Shown in pieces: positions 1 to 13,505 of a stretch of 64,000 bases of DNA. Positions within the stretch are counted from its first letter, which is position 1. Each line of letters begins with the position of its first letter. The notes below the pieces were generated by a model, which saw nothing but the letters and a program-made list of their open reading frames with translations, had not been told where the DNA came from and ran no database searches. Source of the stretch: Octopus vulgaris (lineage: Eukaryota); contig OX597824.1 of the NCBI GenBank assembly GCA_951406725.2, positions 95,790,001 through 95,854,000 on the forward strand, given 5' to 3'. A program made the translations under genes and the position numbers.

Positions 1-58
1 TAAACACACCAGCATCAGTTGTCAAGCGATGCTGGCGGGGGGACCACACAAACATACT

Positions 59-93
<35 letters not shown>

Positions 94-256
94 ATATATA
101 CGACGGGCTTCTTTCAGTTTCCGTCTACCAAATCCACTCACAAGGCTTTGGTAGGCCCGAGGCTATAGTAGAATTCCAAGGTGCCACACAGTGGGACTGA
201 ACTCGGAACCATGTGGTTGGTAAGCAAGCTACTTACCTCACAGCCACTCCTACGCC
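1..256 (-). mobile_element. tRNA-derived SINE family A, cut by the window edge
   Basis: Reverse complement gives the head GGCGTAGGAGTGGCTGTG..GTAAGTAGCTTGCTTACCAACCACATGGTTCCGAGTTCAGTCCCAC (A/B-box-like) and an internal (TA)n; matches full copies at 17659 and 57909. Confidence 0.9.
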
Positions 257-2437
257 TATCGGTAAAATAAGCATCAATTGAACACTGGAGTCAATGTAAT
301 CGACTAGACCCCCCCATACCCCCCACTCGCCACTCCTTAAAATTTCAGGCCTTGCGCCAATAGTAGAAAGGATTATTGTTATTGTTGTCTTTGTTGCTGC
401 TGCTGGTGCTACTGGTGCTTCTTCACTGCAAATTCGCTGAGATATATCTTGCCTTTGTATTACCCTAAATACTTCCGCGACGATTGTGGCCGATAAAGAA
501 ACCATTATCATCATCATCATCATCATCATCATTGTTATCGCTGTCGTTGTTGTTGTTATTGCTGTATTCTATCATTAGCGTAAAACCAGAAATTTTTTGG
601 TAGACTTAAGTCGACCCAGTTCTTCATGACTGATACTTGTTTTAACAACCCTGGAGGTTTGAAAGGCAAAGACGGCCCCCAGCGGGATAATAAATTCAGA
701 CCCCCCTATAGAACGTAAACAGAACCCGAAATACATAGGAGGGGATGGGAGGTGAAGGGAAAAAGTAATAGGCACGAAGTAAAGGGAAAACGGGGTGCGT
801 GGAATGGATGAGGAAAAGTAGATGGATATGGATGAAAAAACGGGGCCAAGGGGCAATGAGTGGGAGAGATTAAGGGAAAGGAACGAGGGCGATAAAGAAA
901 TATAATTGTCGCCTTAGAGATGAACACACAACAGGGACTGTAGCGTATGTTATAAAAGGACTTTATATTAAGGAAAGGGGCCTTAAATTAAAAACATTAC
1001 TTTATTGAATTATAACTATGTTTATAGATTCATCTGTGTGTTTGAAGGACCAATATATAAAATCAGCGAGCATGGTAATCGAAATGAATTCAAAAGCACC
1101 GACTGTTATTCGATTCATTAGTTTTGGAGTGCTTATGACTGATGAGACACAACGAGATCGAAACACAGGGTGTCCGAAAACCCTTTGCGCTAAGGAATCG
1201 GGCGTGTTATGAACGCACATTCGTCGTAGAGGAAAAGCTGTTCTCCTATGACGCAACACAACAGGGAACAGCATGGTCATGTTCGAATCTGCCTGAACGT
1301 ATTAAGAATATGCAAGCCATCGTCGGTACTGTTTATTATTTCACCTAAAGGATGATATTTATCGTTTAGTCAACGTGTTTGAGATATTGAGATGGTTAAT
1401 CCTGCAATCGAACGGCTTGGATACGGTAAATTATATGACGAATTTGAATGAACGGACCCTTCATCTGTAGAATCTTATTTCGTTTAAACAAAAACCCTAA
1501 AACTACAAAGTATAAATGCTACAACATTATGCAAATTCACTAATGTAGGACATTGTTTCTAAGCAACTAAAATGGAGTTAAACATTCTCTTTAGATACGC
1601 AACTCTAATATAATGTAAATTTGTTTTTGTGGTCTAATGTGGAATATGGAAAGACATGTGGCTGACTGTAAATACATACAAACTGACGACGCTCAATGAT
1701 GCAGAAATGCACATTTAGCATTCCCAACCAGCCACTGCCGGGACGATTTTCGTCTACCTCTGCCATATTGTGTTTCTAAACACAGCACGTCCATAAAGAT
1801 ATTATATACAGTTAAATACCGCAGAAAAATTTACTTTTCGCGGTGTATTTACATAAAGTATGAAACACAGATGGCTATTTTAATCCGCTTCTGTTGCACA
1901 TAACGGATTCTTTTTGTAACGCTACAAATATTAATTCCCTAATTGTGCCATAGTTTTACTAAACAGCAAAAGGTTAAAGGAGCAAAACTGCACATAACAT
2001 ACTGATCCATACCTGTCTAAAAAGTCTCCATTTCAATCAATGGAAACAATTAGAGAACGCATTACGGTCTCTGTAATATATTATTAATAATCTGGTTGGT
2101 TCAACCGATCTTATTTATGAGAAAAATAATAATTAAGCTCAGTTATTGCACAACTAGTTGAGATAAAGAGAATAGCAAGTCTTTTAATTAACGACCGACG
2201 AAAATGAAGTCTGTTTAATTTAGCATTTACCATTCAATGTAATTATTGTAATTTGTGTAATTAAAATTTTGTTGGATCTCAAAAGTATTCTGAGAGTTAG
2301 ATTAATCTTAAACACCTCGTCGTTTACAAACGTAAAAATTAGTACAATAGTACAGTTCTTGGTATGGATCTCTTTAAATGCGAGACCTCCTTTTACTACT
2401 AGGTTAATCCAGGATTAGATTAAGATAGGACGAACAG

Positions 2438-2889
2438 GGGATCTTTTCGGTTTGAATGGCAGTTTTTTCTAGCGGTGTCATATGAAATTGTCACCCATAA
2501 TTATGACCCTAGTATCGATCTATTTGCATTTCAATCTGTTTTAGGGCTAGGGTTAGAATTAGGGTTAGTTAGGGTTAGGGTTAGGGGTGGGGGGAAGGGT
2601 ATCTTTTTTTTCTTCACAAATGTAAATAAACCCAATCTGTTTCTTAAACGAGGAACATATTCATACGGCACAGAATGTTTTCACCTCAATAGACGTCATT
2701 GATTGGTTGAAATTGCAGAAATTGTAGAAAAAAAAAAACAACAAATATCTTACAAACTATAGAATTTTCTCAAGAAAGCCAAGAGAAAAAGATGTTTTAT
2801 AAACACATTCTACCAGTATACGAAGTTTAAAAGTGTTTAGTTACGTGGAAATTATTTAAAAAAACTACCGGTCAAACTGAAAAGATCCC
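2438..2889. mobile_element. MITE with ~30-bp imperfect TIRs and 6-bp TSD GAACAG; contains TTAGGG repeats
   Basis: Ends GGGATCTTTTCGGTTTGAATGGCAGTTTTT and AAAAACTACCGGTCAAACTGAAAAGATCCC; GAACAG at 2432-2437 and 2890-2895. Confidence 0.88.
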
Positions 2890-3684
2890 GAACAGGAATA
2901 TGCTGAGGTGTTTTATAAAACCAGGGAACTTCCGCATAACACATCGATCCGTTAAACATAACTGCCAAATATTTCTTAAAATTACATCCTTTAATCTTAG
3001 AAAGCGGGAAGGGCGCACTGGGCAACATAGTTCTTCGTTGATAAAGGGAAATTTAGGATGGTCAAGCATGTAACACTTTTGATTAAATCTCTGCTTTATC
3101 AGAGATTACTTCAGGGCTGAAACACCAACGACAACAAGGAAAGCACAAACAACGACAACAACAACAACAACAGCAGCAGCAGCAGTAACAACGACAGTAA
3201 CAACAACAACAACAATATCAGGAACAATGCAACAAGCAAATAATTGTCTCCAACATTCTATTTGCTGTCGTTTGGAATATAAACTCGGTAAAATGTCAAC
3301 AGATGGTAGAAATTCCAACATAACAAAACGTTCAAAATATAAGGTGTCTCTGTCGTTTATTTCTACAAATAGTTTCCATATGACTCAGGCCAACAACTGC
3401 TGCCGATCGTATAGTTTAGCGGTGATGAACCCTGCTATTATTACTATTATCTAGGCTTGGTGACTAATGCTTTTGTTTTTCTTTTTAAATACAAATATGT
3501 CGCTTGGAAATACACACCCTACAGTATACTCAAAACCTTATTACCATTTCCACATTGTAATTCTTCTAATATAATTTCATTCGCTGCCAGGATGCTTTTA
3601 TGGAATATCAAGTCGACACAAGCGCCTCGTTTCATCGCCCCCGTAAAGATGGTAGACAAAATTGCGCATTGTTTTCATGCACAA

Positions 3685-3687
<3 letters not shown>

Positions 3688-3737
<50 letters not shown>

Positions 3738-3840
3738 GTATGTACGTATGTATGTATGTATGTATGTATGTATGTATGTATGTATGTATGTATGTATCTA
3801 TCTATCTATCTATATGTATACATATATGTATATGTATGTA
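3688..3840. repeat. (TA)n/(TATG)n compound microsatellite
   Basis: Directly visible. Confidence 0.95.
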
Positions 3841-3939
3841 TTATGTCAGTGTGTGTGTATATAGAAATATTTACTATATTTTTGAAGTCATTTTCACTTT
3901 AAAATATTTTTTAAATATGCCAAAAAATTTTTTGTAATG

Positions 3940-4423
3940 GTATTTACTTGAAAATAATTTTAAAACACATTAAAATATTGTCTGTTTAAAGAAAGCTAAA
4001 ATATAAATACTTATTGTACAAAACGTACATTTTTGAAACCACATTTACTTAGAAATATTTCTAAATGATTAAAATATTGTGTTTAGCAAAAGCGAAAATA
4101 GAAACATTTACTGTAAAAAAACTTGTATTTTTCCATTGTCGAGTTAGTGTCTGATAAAAAAAATAAGAGTTTCTTTCCTTTCAGGATTATGATTATTTTC
4201 GGAATATTTTCCCATTATGCACCGTTTTGGGTATATATACCCGGAAACCTCTAATATCTCTAAAATTACTAGTCTGATTTACGCGAAACTTGTTTTACTC
4301 CATTCGTATTAACATTTCAGAGTAAACTTAATTCAGAGTATTTTCCCATTATGCGCCAGTTTGGCTGCGTAACATTGCAAGCAAGCAAGCAAGATTCAAA
4401 CTGACTTTTAATGTATTATAGAT
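3940..4423 (-). mobile_element. Possible non-autonomous Helitron fragment with internal repeats
   Basis: Minus strand begins TCTATAATACATTAAAAG followed by a (CTTG)n microsatellite; TTTTCCCATTATGC occurs twice and a diverged ~100-bp tandem lies at 3940-4130. No 3' hairpin-CTAG end found. Confidence 0.35.
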
Positions 4424-4930
4424 ATCACTTTAGGGGCGTGTCGACTCCATACAAATGGACAGAATGCATACAATCTTTCAACACACTTCCTAGCGTTTGA
4501 TATATCATTAAAGATTTAAGTCGAATAACCAAGAGAAAAACAAGATTCAACCAATAATTTATAACGACGAAGCAGAATAAATATCAAAAGATAATATTTA
4601 TCTTCTACTTAAAGTGGATGTTGTGTTAGAACAGGAAACTGTGTTATTTACCATGAGAGGATCCCTTGTACGGAATTGTGGGGCATGGAAGCTCTTGTAT
4701 TCATATCGCTGGGAGGCAATAACCATCCACTACGGCCGCCGGAACTACCAGATCACGTAATTTCGACCTTCTTTGGCCTTATCAATGACAGATATCCGAG
4801 CCTAGACATAGCAACCGATTCTGCCATCAGAATATATCTAGAATTTCAGTGTCTGCTCAGGTACTGGTGTCACAGATAGCTACAACTACATTGCCCTCAT
4901 ATCTACAATCTTTGGAAAAAGGGAAGGAGA

Positions 4931-5209
4931 GTGAGAGAAAGAGAGAGAGAGAGAGAATCAGAGAGAGAGAGAGAGAGAGAATCAGAGAGAGAGAGAGAGA
5001 GAGAGAATCAGAGAGAGAGAGAGAGAGAGAATCAGAGAGAGAGAGAGAGAGAATCAGAGAGAGAGAGAGAGAGAATCAGAGAGAGAGAGAGAGAGATCAG
5101 AGAGAGAGAGAGAGAGAGAATCAGAGAGAGAGAGAGAGAGAGAATCAGAGAGAGAGAGAGAGAGAATCAGAGAGAGAGAGAGAGAGAATCAGAGAGAGAG
5201 AGAGAGAGA

Positions 5210-5263
<54 letters not shown>

Positions 5264-5270
5264 CAGAGAA
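4931..5270. repeat. (GA)n array periodically interrupted by ATC (~20-bp minisatellite)
   Basis: Repeated GAGAGAGAGAATCAGAGA units. Confidence 0.95.
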
Positions 5271-6335
5271 AGAACGAAATAGAGAGAGAGAGGGAAAGAA
5301 AGTGAGAAACAGATATGATAAGTGAAGTCCGTGAAAAAAATGGCATTGTCAAGGCTGGAGTACATCTGATTACAAGTTTGCTCCATCAAAGCTTACCGGC
5401 GGTTAAATACCAGAACTTGCATATATGAATAACAATGGCTACGAGTCAGAATTCTGCCTTTCATCAAGTAAAGATGTCACAGCGGTCAACGTCATCGAAA
5501 ACACCGTATTTGATTTAATATATGGTGCACATTTTTTCTCAAAAAATGTTTCCTAAGAAAATCATCCCGCATCTTTTATGCGAAGTTCAACCGATATTAC
5601 TTGCTTCACTGTACTAAAAATGGCTTTAGCTGAATCTGCAGAGCTGAAATTGGGATGCGTCTAACATGAAAATGTGTCTTTAATGCTATCAAATACAGAA
5701 CTTTTTTCTTTACTTCAGAAATGAATTCAGAGAAAGCGGATGTGAGTTTGCTAGGAACACGCCGTTATCTAAGTAATTAAACAACTGTTAGGGAGGGTCA
5801 ACGAACGAACCTTTTCGCGAGCGTTCAACCTGCTTGAAGTAGCAGCTAAGTATCCCTCAAATCATACTTTACTATCTTAAAAAAAATGACATGTAAGACA
5901 CTAGATAAGATAGTAGACCTTGTTAGGCATAAAAATAAAGAAAAATAAGATTATCATAAATCTGCTTGGTCAGGACTACTTGATCTGAGCTGAATACACT
6001 TACGCCCGCGCGTATATATAGTCACTTAGTTAGATAAGATTCGGCTAGAATTGGCGTAGGCCATGTCTGACTTAATAAATACCACCTGGAAAAGGCATTT
6101 AACACTTTTTCCAGTTACTTATATTCTTTGGGCACCATAACCCATTCGAGTAAAGAGTTACTGTTTGCAGAAATATAACCGGGTGTATATTTACGTTGCT
6201 TAATGTCGGACGAATGAGGAAGGAGTGCTCAATACATGTAGAGGACATAAATACATATTATTCATTATATATATATATATATATATATACAAACACACAC
6301 ATATATATACATACATACACACATATATATATATT

Positions 6336-6466
<131 letters not shown>

Positions 6467-6630
6467 TTTGTTTAATTAATTAAAACTGAAATTTAGAGCT
6501 TGTCTGGTCGCATTGACATGAAACCCGAGTCACTAGACAAACACTGCTGGAGGTTTAATAAAAAAAGTGTGTGCTTGGCGTACATACACACATATATAAG
6601 ACAGACAGACAGAGAGACAGACAGATAGAC

Positions 6631-6681
<51 letters not shown>

Positions 6682-8089
6682 AAGAAAAACGACAGCGCCA
6701 ACACTAATGGCAACTGCTCACTTCGTACTGAGATGGAATCCTTGATCACCAAAATGTGCGTCTATCTCCAAATATCCTAGAATATCGTACGTAATCTCTG
6801 TATTCAATGTTTCATCAGGAATTATTGAACTAAATTTTTCCCCCCTCCTTTTTCTTAATGTCTACAATTTCAGTTGAAATGTAAATTAACAAAAAATAAA
6901 TTATGATTTGAAAGAAATGCTTTGAAATAAACGGATGCATCCAGTATTATTTTCCGGCCGCATAAGTGGTGACCAACCGAGATAGCTAGTCGACTTCCGC
7001 TTGGCTACTTAACATAATCGTCGTTGTCTCTGGCGTGCTTATTGCCTGTCTGTCTGTTTGTCTGTTTGACTATCTCATCCCCCCTCCCCCCTCTCTCTCT
7101 CTCTTTCTCTCGCCTACGCACTTAGAAAGTGATAAGTGATAAGTATGTAGGCATACATACACACCTGTACATACATACATACATACATACATACATACAT
7201 ACATACATACATACATACATACATACATGCATACATACATACATACATACATACTCTGTAGTTGATGTTGAAATTCCAATGAAGGAACCTTGGGTCTAGG
7301 TTAGAAACCAGTTCTTTCTCGATTGGCAAGAAATCTTGAAATAAACTGAATAATGACCTAAATACATACAAACAAACTTAGAGATTCTTGAAGCATGACA
7401 TCGTTGCCTCTTGCCATAAGAGTGTACGATGCAATCTGTAGAATGGTCAGTCTTGGAGATAAAAATGGAAGAAGTTTCAGTGACGCAGAAACCATAATCC
7501 TACATTATATAAATGAATAACGACGGAACGCAGACGTATAAGCATACACAGACGCATGCGTACGCCTATCCATCTATCCCTCTATCATCCATCCACCCAC
7601 CCATCCATATGCATACACTCATACATACCTGATGGTTGCGACTCGGTTTCGAAACAGGAGCAGCACAGATGTGATTTTACAATCCTGCTAATCATCCTAA
7701 TGGATGTGACAATGATGGGCGCCTCATGCAGTAGGTGTTCAGAGAGCTTACCACTCACGCTGACTTATACTTTCATTCCGTCATGGTATTTTTCATTAAA
7801 TGTTTTGTCTTTATCGACAACAGCTATTCATAGTATGCAACGCATAATAAAGCTGTTCAAAAATCAAGCGATACCTGTGCCTCAAGATTTTTAAAGTGAG
7901 AAAAGGCTTCCCACTTTCTAAACAACGTAGGCTTTTGTCCAAAAAGAAGAACTAGGCGACATCATTGAATACAAATGAATCAGAGTCGTCTTTCTCCTTG
8001 AGAGATGTCTAAACAAAGGATCTGGGTCTCCAACTCCCAGCTGTTGGATCATCACTGAGTTCATTCGCCTTTTTACACAAACAGACAAA

Positions 8090-8388
8090 CAAACATACAT
8101 ACATACATACATGCATACATACATACATACATACTCACACATACATACATACATACATACATACCTACATACATGCATACCTACATACATACATACATAC
8201 ATACCTACATACACACACACACACGTACGTACATACATACATGCATACCTACATACACACACACACACACGTACATACATACATACATACATACATACAT
8301 GCATGCATGCATGCATGCACACACACACACACACATACATACATACATACATACATACATACATACATGCATGCATGCATGCATGCAT

Positions 8389-8423
<35 letters not shown>

Positions 8424-8435
8424 TACATACATACA

Positions 8436-8469
<34 letters not shown>

Positions 8470-8516
8470 CATACATACATACATACATACATACATACAT
8501 ACATACATACATACAT
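8090..8516. repeat. (CATA)n/(CA)n/(CATG)n compound microsatellite
   Basis: Directly visible. Confidence 0.95.
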
Positions 8517-8899
8517 GAATGTCTAGTTCACGTTGGTTGATGGTGCCTAAATTCCTTTGAAAGAATCTTGTTCCTGGATTAGTCTATAAGTCCTTCTCTT
8601 TTAGTGAGAAATTTTTAAAAAATATAACCGGAAGAACACACACACACATACAGGGAGAGATAGTCAAACAGGCAGATAAATAACTTTATAGATAAGGTGT
8701 GTAGTGCTTGCCAAAAGTTCCACGGGGCGTTTAAATATATTTCCAGATAGTGAAGCCATCTAAAAAGCATGTCAGCATTCTGTCTGTCTGTCGCTCTCTC
8801 TCCCTTTCTCTCTCTCATTCTCTCTGTCGTTTCTTCTCATATGTATATAACCACACATACAATACACAAACACACTACAGAAACACACATGCACAAACA

Positions 8900-9101
8900 C
8901 GAGTAAGCCAACAGAAGAAAGAGTAAGAGAAAGTTGCGGCGAAAGAGTACAGCAGGGATCGCCACCACCCCCTGCCGGAGCTTCTTGGAGCTTTAAGTGT
9001 TTTCGTTCAATAAACACTCGCAACGCCCGGTCTGGGAATCGAAACCGCGATCCTACGACCACGAGTCTACTGCCCTAACCACTGGACCATTGCGCCTCCA
9101 C
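8900..9101 (-). mobile_element. tRNA-derived SINE family C, 3'-truncated
   Basis: Minus head GTGGAGGCGCAATGGTCCAGTGGTTAGGGCAG...GGTTTCGATTCCC; homologous to 24933-25245. Confidence 0.88.
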
Positions 9102-9583
9102 GTAAAGCTATGAATAATATCATGTAAATATATAATGTAACACACACACACACACATGTGAAATGCACACAGACAGACATACAGACAGACCACACTGATG
9201 TGTACCCTCATCGACATATCAGTGGAGCCTATAACTACCCAGGTGACCTTTCAGCGTCAACAGAAAATTTGATAATACATTAGAAGTCATACTTTGGAAT
9301 TTAATATTTGGAATACCAATGTACAGTTAACGATCTTATTATCGAAACTATTTCTGAATAAACACATGATTTGTTTGGCGATTTGTCCTTTAAACTTTAT
9401 GCACCCTTTAATCGCATTCACCCCCTGGTACGCACCCAACAACTTAGATATTTCGCTGGTAGTTTTCAGCAACACGATTCCAGGAAGATGAGGTCAGTCA
9501 TACATACAAAGGGCACTGTGTCGTACTTTTGAGAATATGAGATTTCATAATGCCTAGCCTGAAGTAGAAATGTGTTCACTGAG

Positions 9584-9648
<65 letters not shown>

Positions 9649-10533
9649 CACACACACACATTGGTTGGTGAGCAAGCTACTTACCAGACAGCCACTCCTA
9701 ATATATATATATGGAAGATCAGTGTTAATGTTGATTAATTTGCATCTTCTAAAGATTTTTTTATAAAATTAATAATTTCTAATTCAAGAAAATCTTATTT
9801 CATACACGATTTAAGAAAATAAAAAGTGTGTATACTGCGGCTATTGAACGCAAAAAAAATAGGTATATATATATAGCCTTTCTTATCAAACATATTGCCA
9901 TTCAAGATCTATATTAACTGGACCGGATGAGAACAAAATATCTTAGAGTCTGATACAAACGCACAAACATAAACACGACGCAACGCCGACGATGAAGTTC
10001 GGATCAGTTGGCAGTCGGCCATTTTCCCAACCCAGACAACTGTTAACTCTCGGTTGAGAAATATAGGAGGCTAAAATAATGAGAGAAATGGAAGAGACTA
10101 GCGATAGAAGCAACAATCTTCTGCTGGTTTTCGTTGGAGAGAGAGAGGGAGAAGGGGAGCTTAGTTTAAGAATTTTCAGATTTATGTTCTGACGCATAAA
10201 CCTGATGTTTGGAATCAATTCAGTCTGTTATAAACTGTTGCTATAATAATACACGCGAGCTCGTCTGCACGCATATATTAATGAACAACCTCATTAAATT
10301 GTAAGGTATGAATAAGGTCAAGCGCTACTAAGTACCCTGGTACATAGATACTTGTATTTAATCAATATACATGGTTACCGTGTAATTTCTCAAACAAAAT
10401 ACCATGCAGAACGAATACGGTCATAGAGTTTGGCAGACGACGCTCAGATATTTATGACTCTCTGTCTCCCTGCTTGCGCCCGCATTTGTGAGAAAGAGCT
10501 GTATACATACACGCATGCGCGCGCACACACACC

Positions 10534-10890
10534 TGTTTCAGGTATTGGACTGCGGACATGATTGACCTCCACCTTGTAGAGTTAGCCGTACAAATCGGCC
10601 CCAGGGCTTATTTTTTAAAAACATGGTATTTATTCTCATGGGAGTCTTTTGCCGACCCGCTATGTCACGGGAACGTAAATGAACCAACATTGGTTTTCAA
10701 GTGGTTGGAGAGTAGACACAAACACAAAAACACCCCACCATATAAAAATATAGCGGTTCGGCAAAAGAGTCTGATAGAATAAGTACGAGATTTAAAAAAT
10801 AAGTACTGAGGTAGATTTGGTCGACTGAAAACCGTCTCAGTGCACTGCCCCAGCTTGGCCGCAATCCAATGATAGAAACAAGTAAAAGGT
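10534..10890. mobile_element. Two oppositely oriented 3' halves of SINE family A
   Basis: 10534-10735 matches the SINE A tail on the minus strand; 10751-10890 matches it on the plus strand. Confidence 0.75.
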
Positions 10891-11369
10891 AAAAATATAT
10901 TTTATAAATTTTTCTTTAAGTTCTCACTGGGAGCAGGTTTCACAAAAGAAAGTAAAGACTGATTATGTTTTATACATCGAGTGAATATATCCATCTTTCT
11001 TTTTCTGTGATATTTTCTCTAAGTCCCATCAGATGCCTTTAAACTCTGAAAGCGCTTTATAATTTATTTAGTGATAAACACCTTTTAAAATTCTGTCGGG
11101 AAGTCGGAAAATGGTCTAAGTTTGGCAAACTACAGAAAAATACCGCATAACAGATGAATTATTAAATTAGTTATTTGTCTGATCTTAATCAGAATTCTAA
11201 TTGGATTTTCATTCACACTGTATATGGAGTAATAAAATCAGCAGATATAAACAGCCAGCTGGAGTTGGAGGTCCCAGTTATAAAGCTCTCTCGTTATCAA
11301 CATCCGTTTACTTCTGGTCAGCAAGGACGTAACCACTCTATGCAAAACATATCTTCACCTTTGCCTCCT

Positions 11370-11680
11370 TGCAAGTGAATTTGTTGGATAGAAACCGTAT
11401 GGAAGCCGGTTGTATACACACACACACACACACTTATATATATGTGTGCGCGTGTGTGCTTTTGTGTCTGTGTTTGTCACCCCCTTTCCACGGCTTTGCA
11501 ACCAGTGTTGGTTTGTTTACATCCCCGTAGCTTAACTGCTCAACAAAACAGACAGACTTCAAAAACAAAAACAAAAGCAAAAACAAAAAACAACATAAGT
11601 AATGGGGTCGATTTATTCGACAAAAGCCCTTCAAGGCGACAACCCGACATGGTCGCAGTCCAATGACTGAAACAAGTAGA
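11370..11680 (+). mobile_element. SINE family A, diverged and 5'-truncated
   Basis: GTGAATTTG..GAAAC, internal CA/TG repeat, tail CATGGTCGCAGTCCAATGACTGAAACAAGTA. Confidence 0.75.
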
Positions 11681-11695
11681 AGATGAAAAAAAAAA

Positions 11696-11910
11696 GGCGG
11701 CGAGCTGGTAGAATCGTTAGCACGCCGGGCGAAATGCTTTACGTTCTGAGTTCAAATTCCGCCGAGGTCGACTTTGCCTTTCATCTTTTCGGTGTCGATA
11801 AATTAAGTACCAGCTGAGTACTGGGGTCGATATAATCGACTTAATCCGTGTGTCTATTCCTTGTTTGTCCCCTCTATGTTTAGCTCCTTGTGGGCAATAA
11901 AGAAATAAGA
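11696..11910 (+). mobile_element. tRNA-derived SINE family B
   Basis: GGCGGCGAGCTGGTAGAATCGTTAGCACGCC...GAGTTCAAATTCCGCCGAGGTCGAC, CORE-like GATAAATTAAGTACCAG, ends TAAAGAAATAAG; homologues at 18620 and 61893. Confidence 0.9.
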
Positions 11911-12891
11911 AGATGGAAAAAAAAAGGTAGCTATGCGTCAGAAGATAAATCTAAAATTCTTAAAATATAGTTTTCTCTCTATCGTGAACCAACACAAAAT
12001 ATTTAATACTGTCAGCTACCAATATCTTTCATTTTCCTACTTATTTTAGATTTTAATATAATTCTACACAGAAAGCAACAGTCGGCTGGGCTACAAAAGT
12101 TGGCAGGATGCCAGTTGGACTGTAACTCGTTCACTGGATTTCTGTTGTGTTGTATCCACGTTGTCGCTTGCGAATTCACAAATGTTAAATCGCTTACACA
12201 AAATCCTACTCGACCTTAAGGGGTTGCCAACAACAACGAAGATTATAATTAAAGAGCATGCCTGGTGCCATTGCAACACGGTAAACTATGCACATTTTCA
12301 AGAGTGTTTACTCGAACAGAAGCTGTATAAAATAGCACTTAAGATTTTCTAAGATGTATCTACTTCCGTATTTAAAGTGGGTTGTTTAAAGTCAACTAAT
12401 TTGTTGAGTCTTCAAGTATATTTCATGTCCATTTAATGCCATTCAGGCTAGCGATGACTGATTCATCCATTCATACTTCAAAACAACTGACAACATCTGC
12501 AGAAAACGGTAGTAGGCCAGGCGTTCTCTAATCTTTTAGTAAATATGTTCTCTTTTAGCAAGGAAATGCTAAATTTGAAAGAACAATGGCCAGTAGTGGC
12601 GTGTCGTGAATAATTAGCGATTGTGCTGTAGTATAATTAAAGTGAAGATGGGTGGAAAGGACAGAAAATGGTACAAATTTAAGTGTAGTGTTTGTTGGTC
12701 TAAAAGAGCTATTTTAAACAGCATTTTATATCAACAGATGAGCAAATGATAGAGAAGAGACTACAAACTACGATATACGAGGAGTACTAGGAATATACAG
12801 ACGTACACACAAATACATACATACATACATACATACATACATACATACATACATACATACATACATACATACATACATACATACATACATA

Positions 12892-13041
12892 CGATATGGT
12901 GCTGAAAAGTTCCTGGCTAAAGGACCACTGCAATAAGTGTGTGAATCTGAGAGGGGAATATGTTGGATAAAATCATAATTCACTGATCCTCCTGTATTTT
13001 CTTTTACCCAAATCCAGGAACTTTTCGACACCCCGCCCCCG
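12892..13041. mobile_element. Mariner-type MITE remnant
   Basis: Inverted ends GTGCTGAAAAGTTCCTGG and CCAGGAACTTTTCGACAC, flanked by TA. Confidence 0.65.
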
Positions 13042-13073
13042 TACATAAAATTCATACATACGTGACATACATA

Positions 13074-13276
13074 CTTCAGTCATTTGATTGCGGCCATGCT
13101 GGAGCACCACCTTTAGTCGAACAAATCGAACCCAGGACTTACTCTTTGTAAGCCTAGTACTTATCCTATCGGTCTCTTTCGTCGAACCGATAAGTTACGG
13201 GAAAGTAAACACACCAACATCGGTCGTCAAACGTTGGTGGGGAGACAAACACAAACACACAAACATATATACATAC

Positions 13277-13335
<59 letters not shown>

Positions 13336-13468
13336 GACGAGCTTCTTCCAGTTTCTATCTAGCAAATCCACTCACAAGGCTTTGATCGGCCCGAGGTTAT
13401 AGTAGAAGACTGAACCCGGAACAATGTGGTTGGTAAGCAAGCTACTTACCACACAGCCATGCCTGCAC

Positions 13469-13470
<2 letters not shown>
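13074..13470 (-). mobile_element. SINE family A, near full length with an internal deletion
   Basis: Head and tail both match family A; internal (TA)n. Confidence 0.9.

Positions 13471-13505
<35 letters not shown>

Noticed and set aside
4849-5325. RE-repeat ORF; superficially CRISPR-like periodicity
   Set aside because: GA minisatellite with no unique spacers; eukaryotic context and no cas genes.
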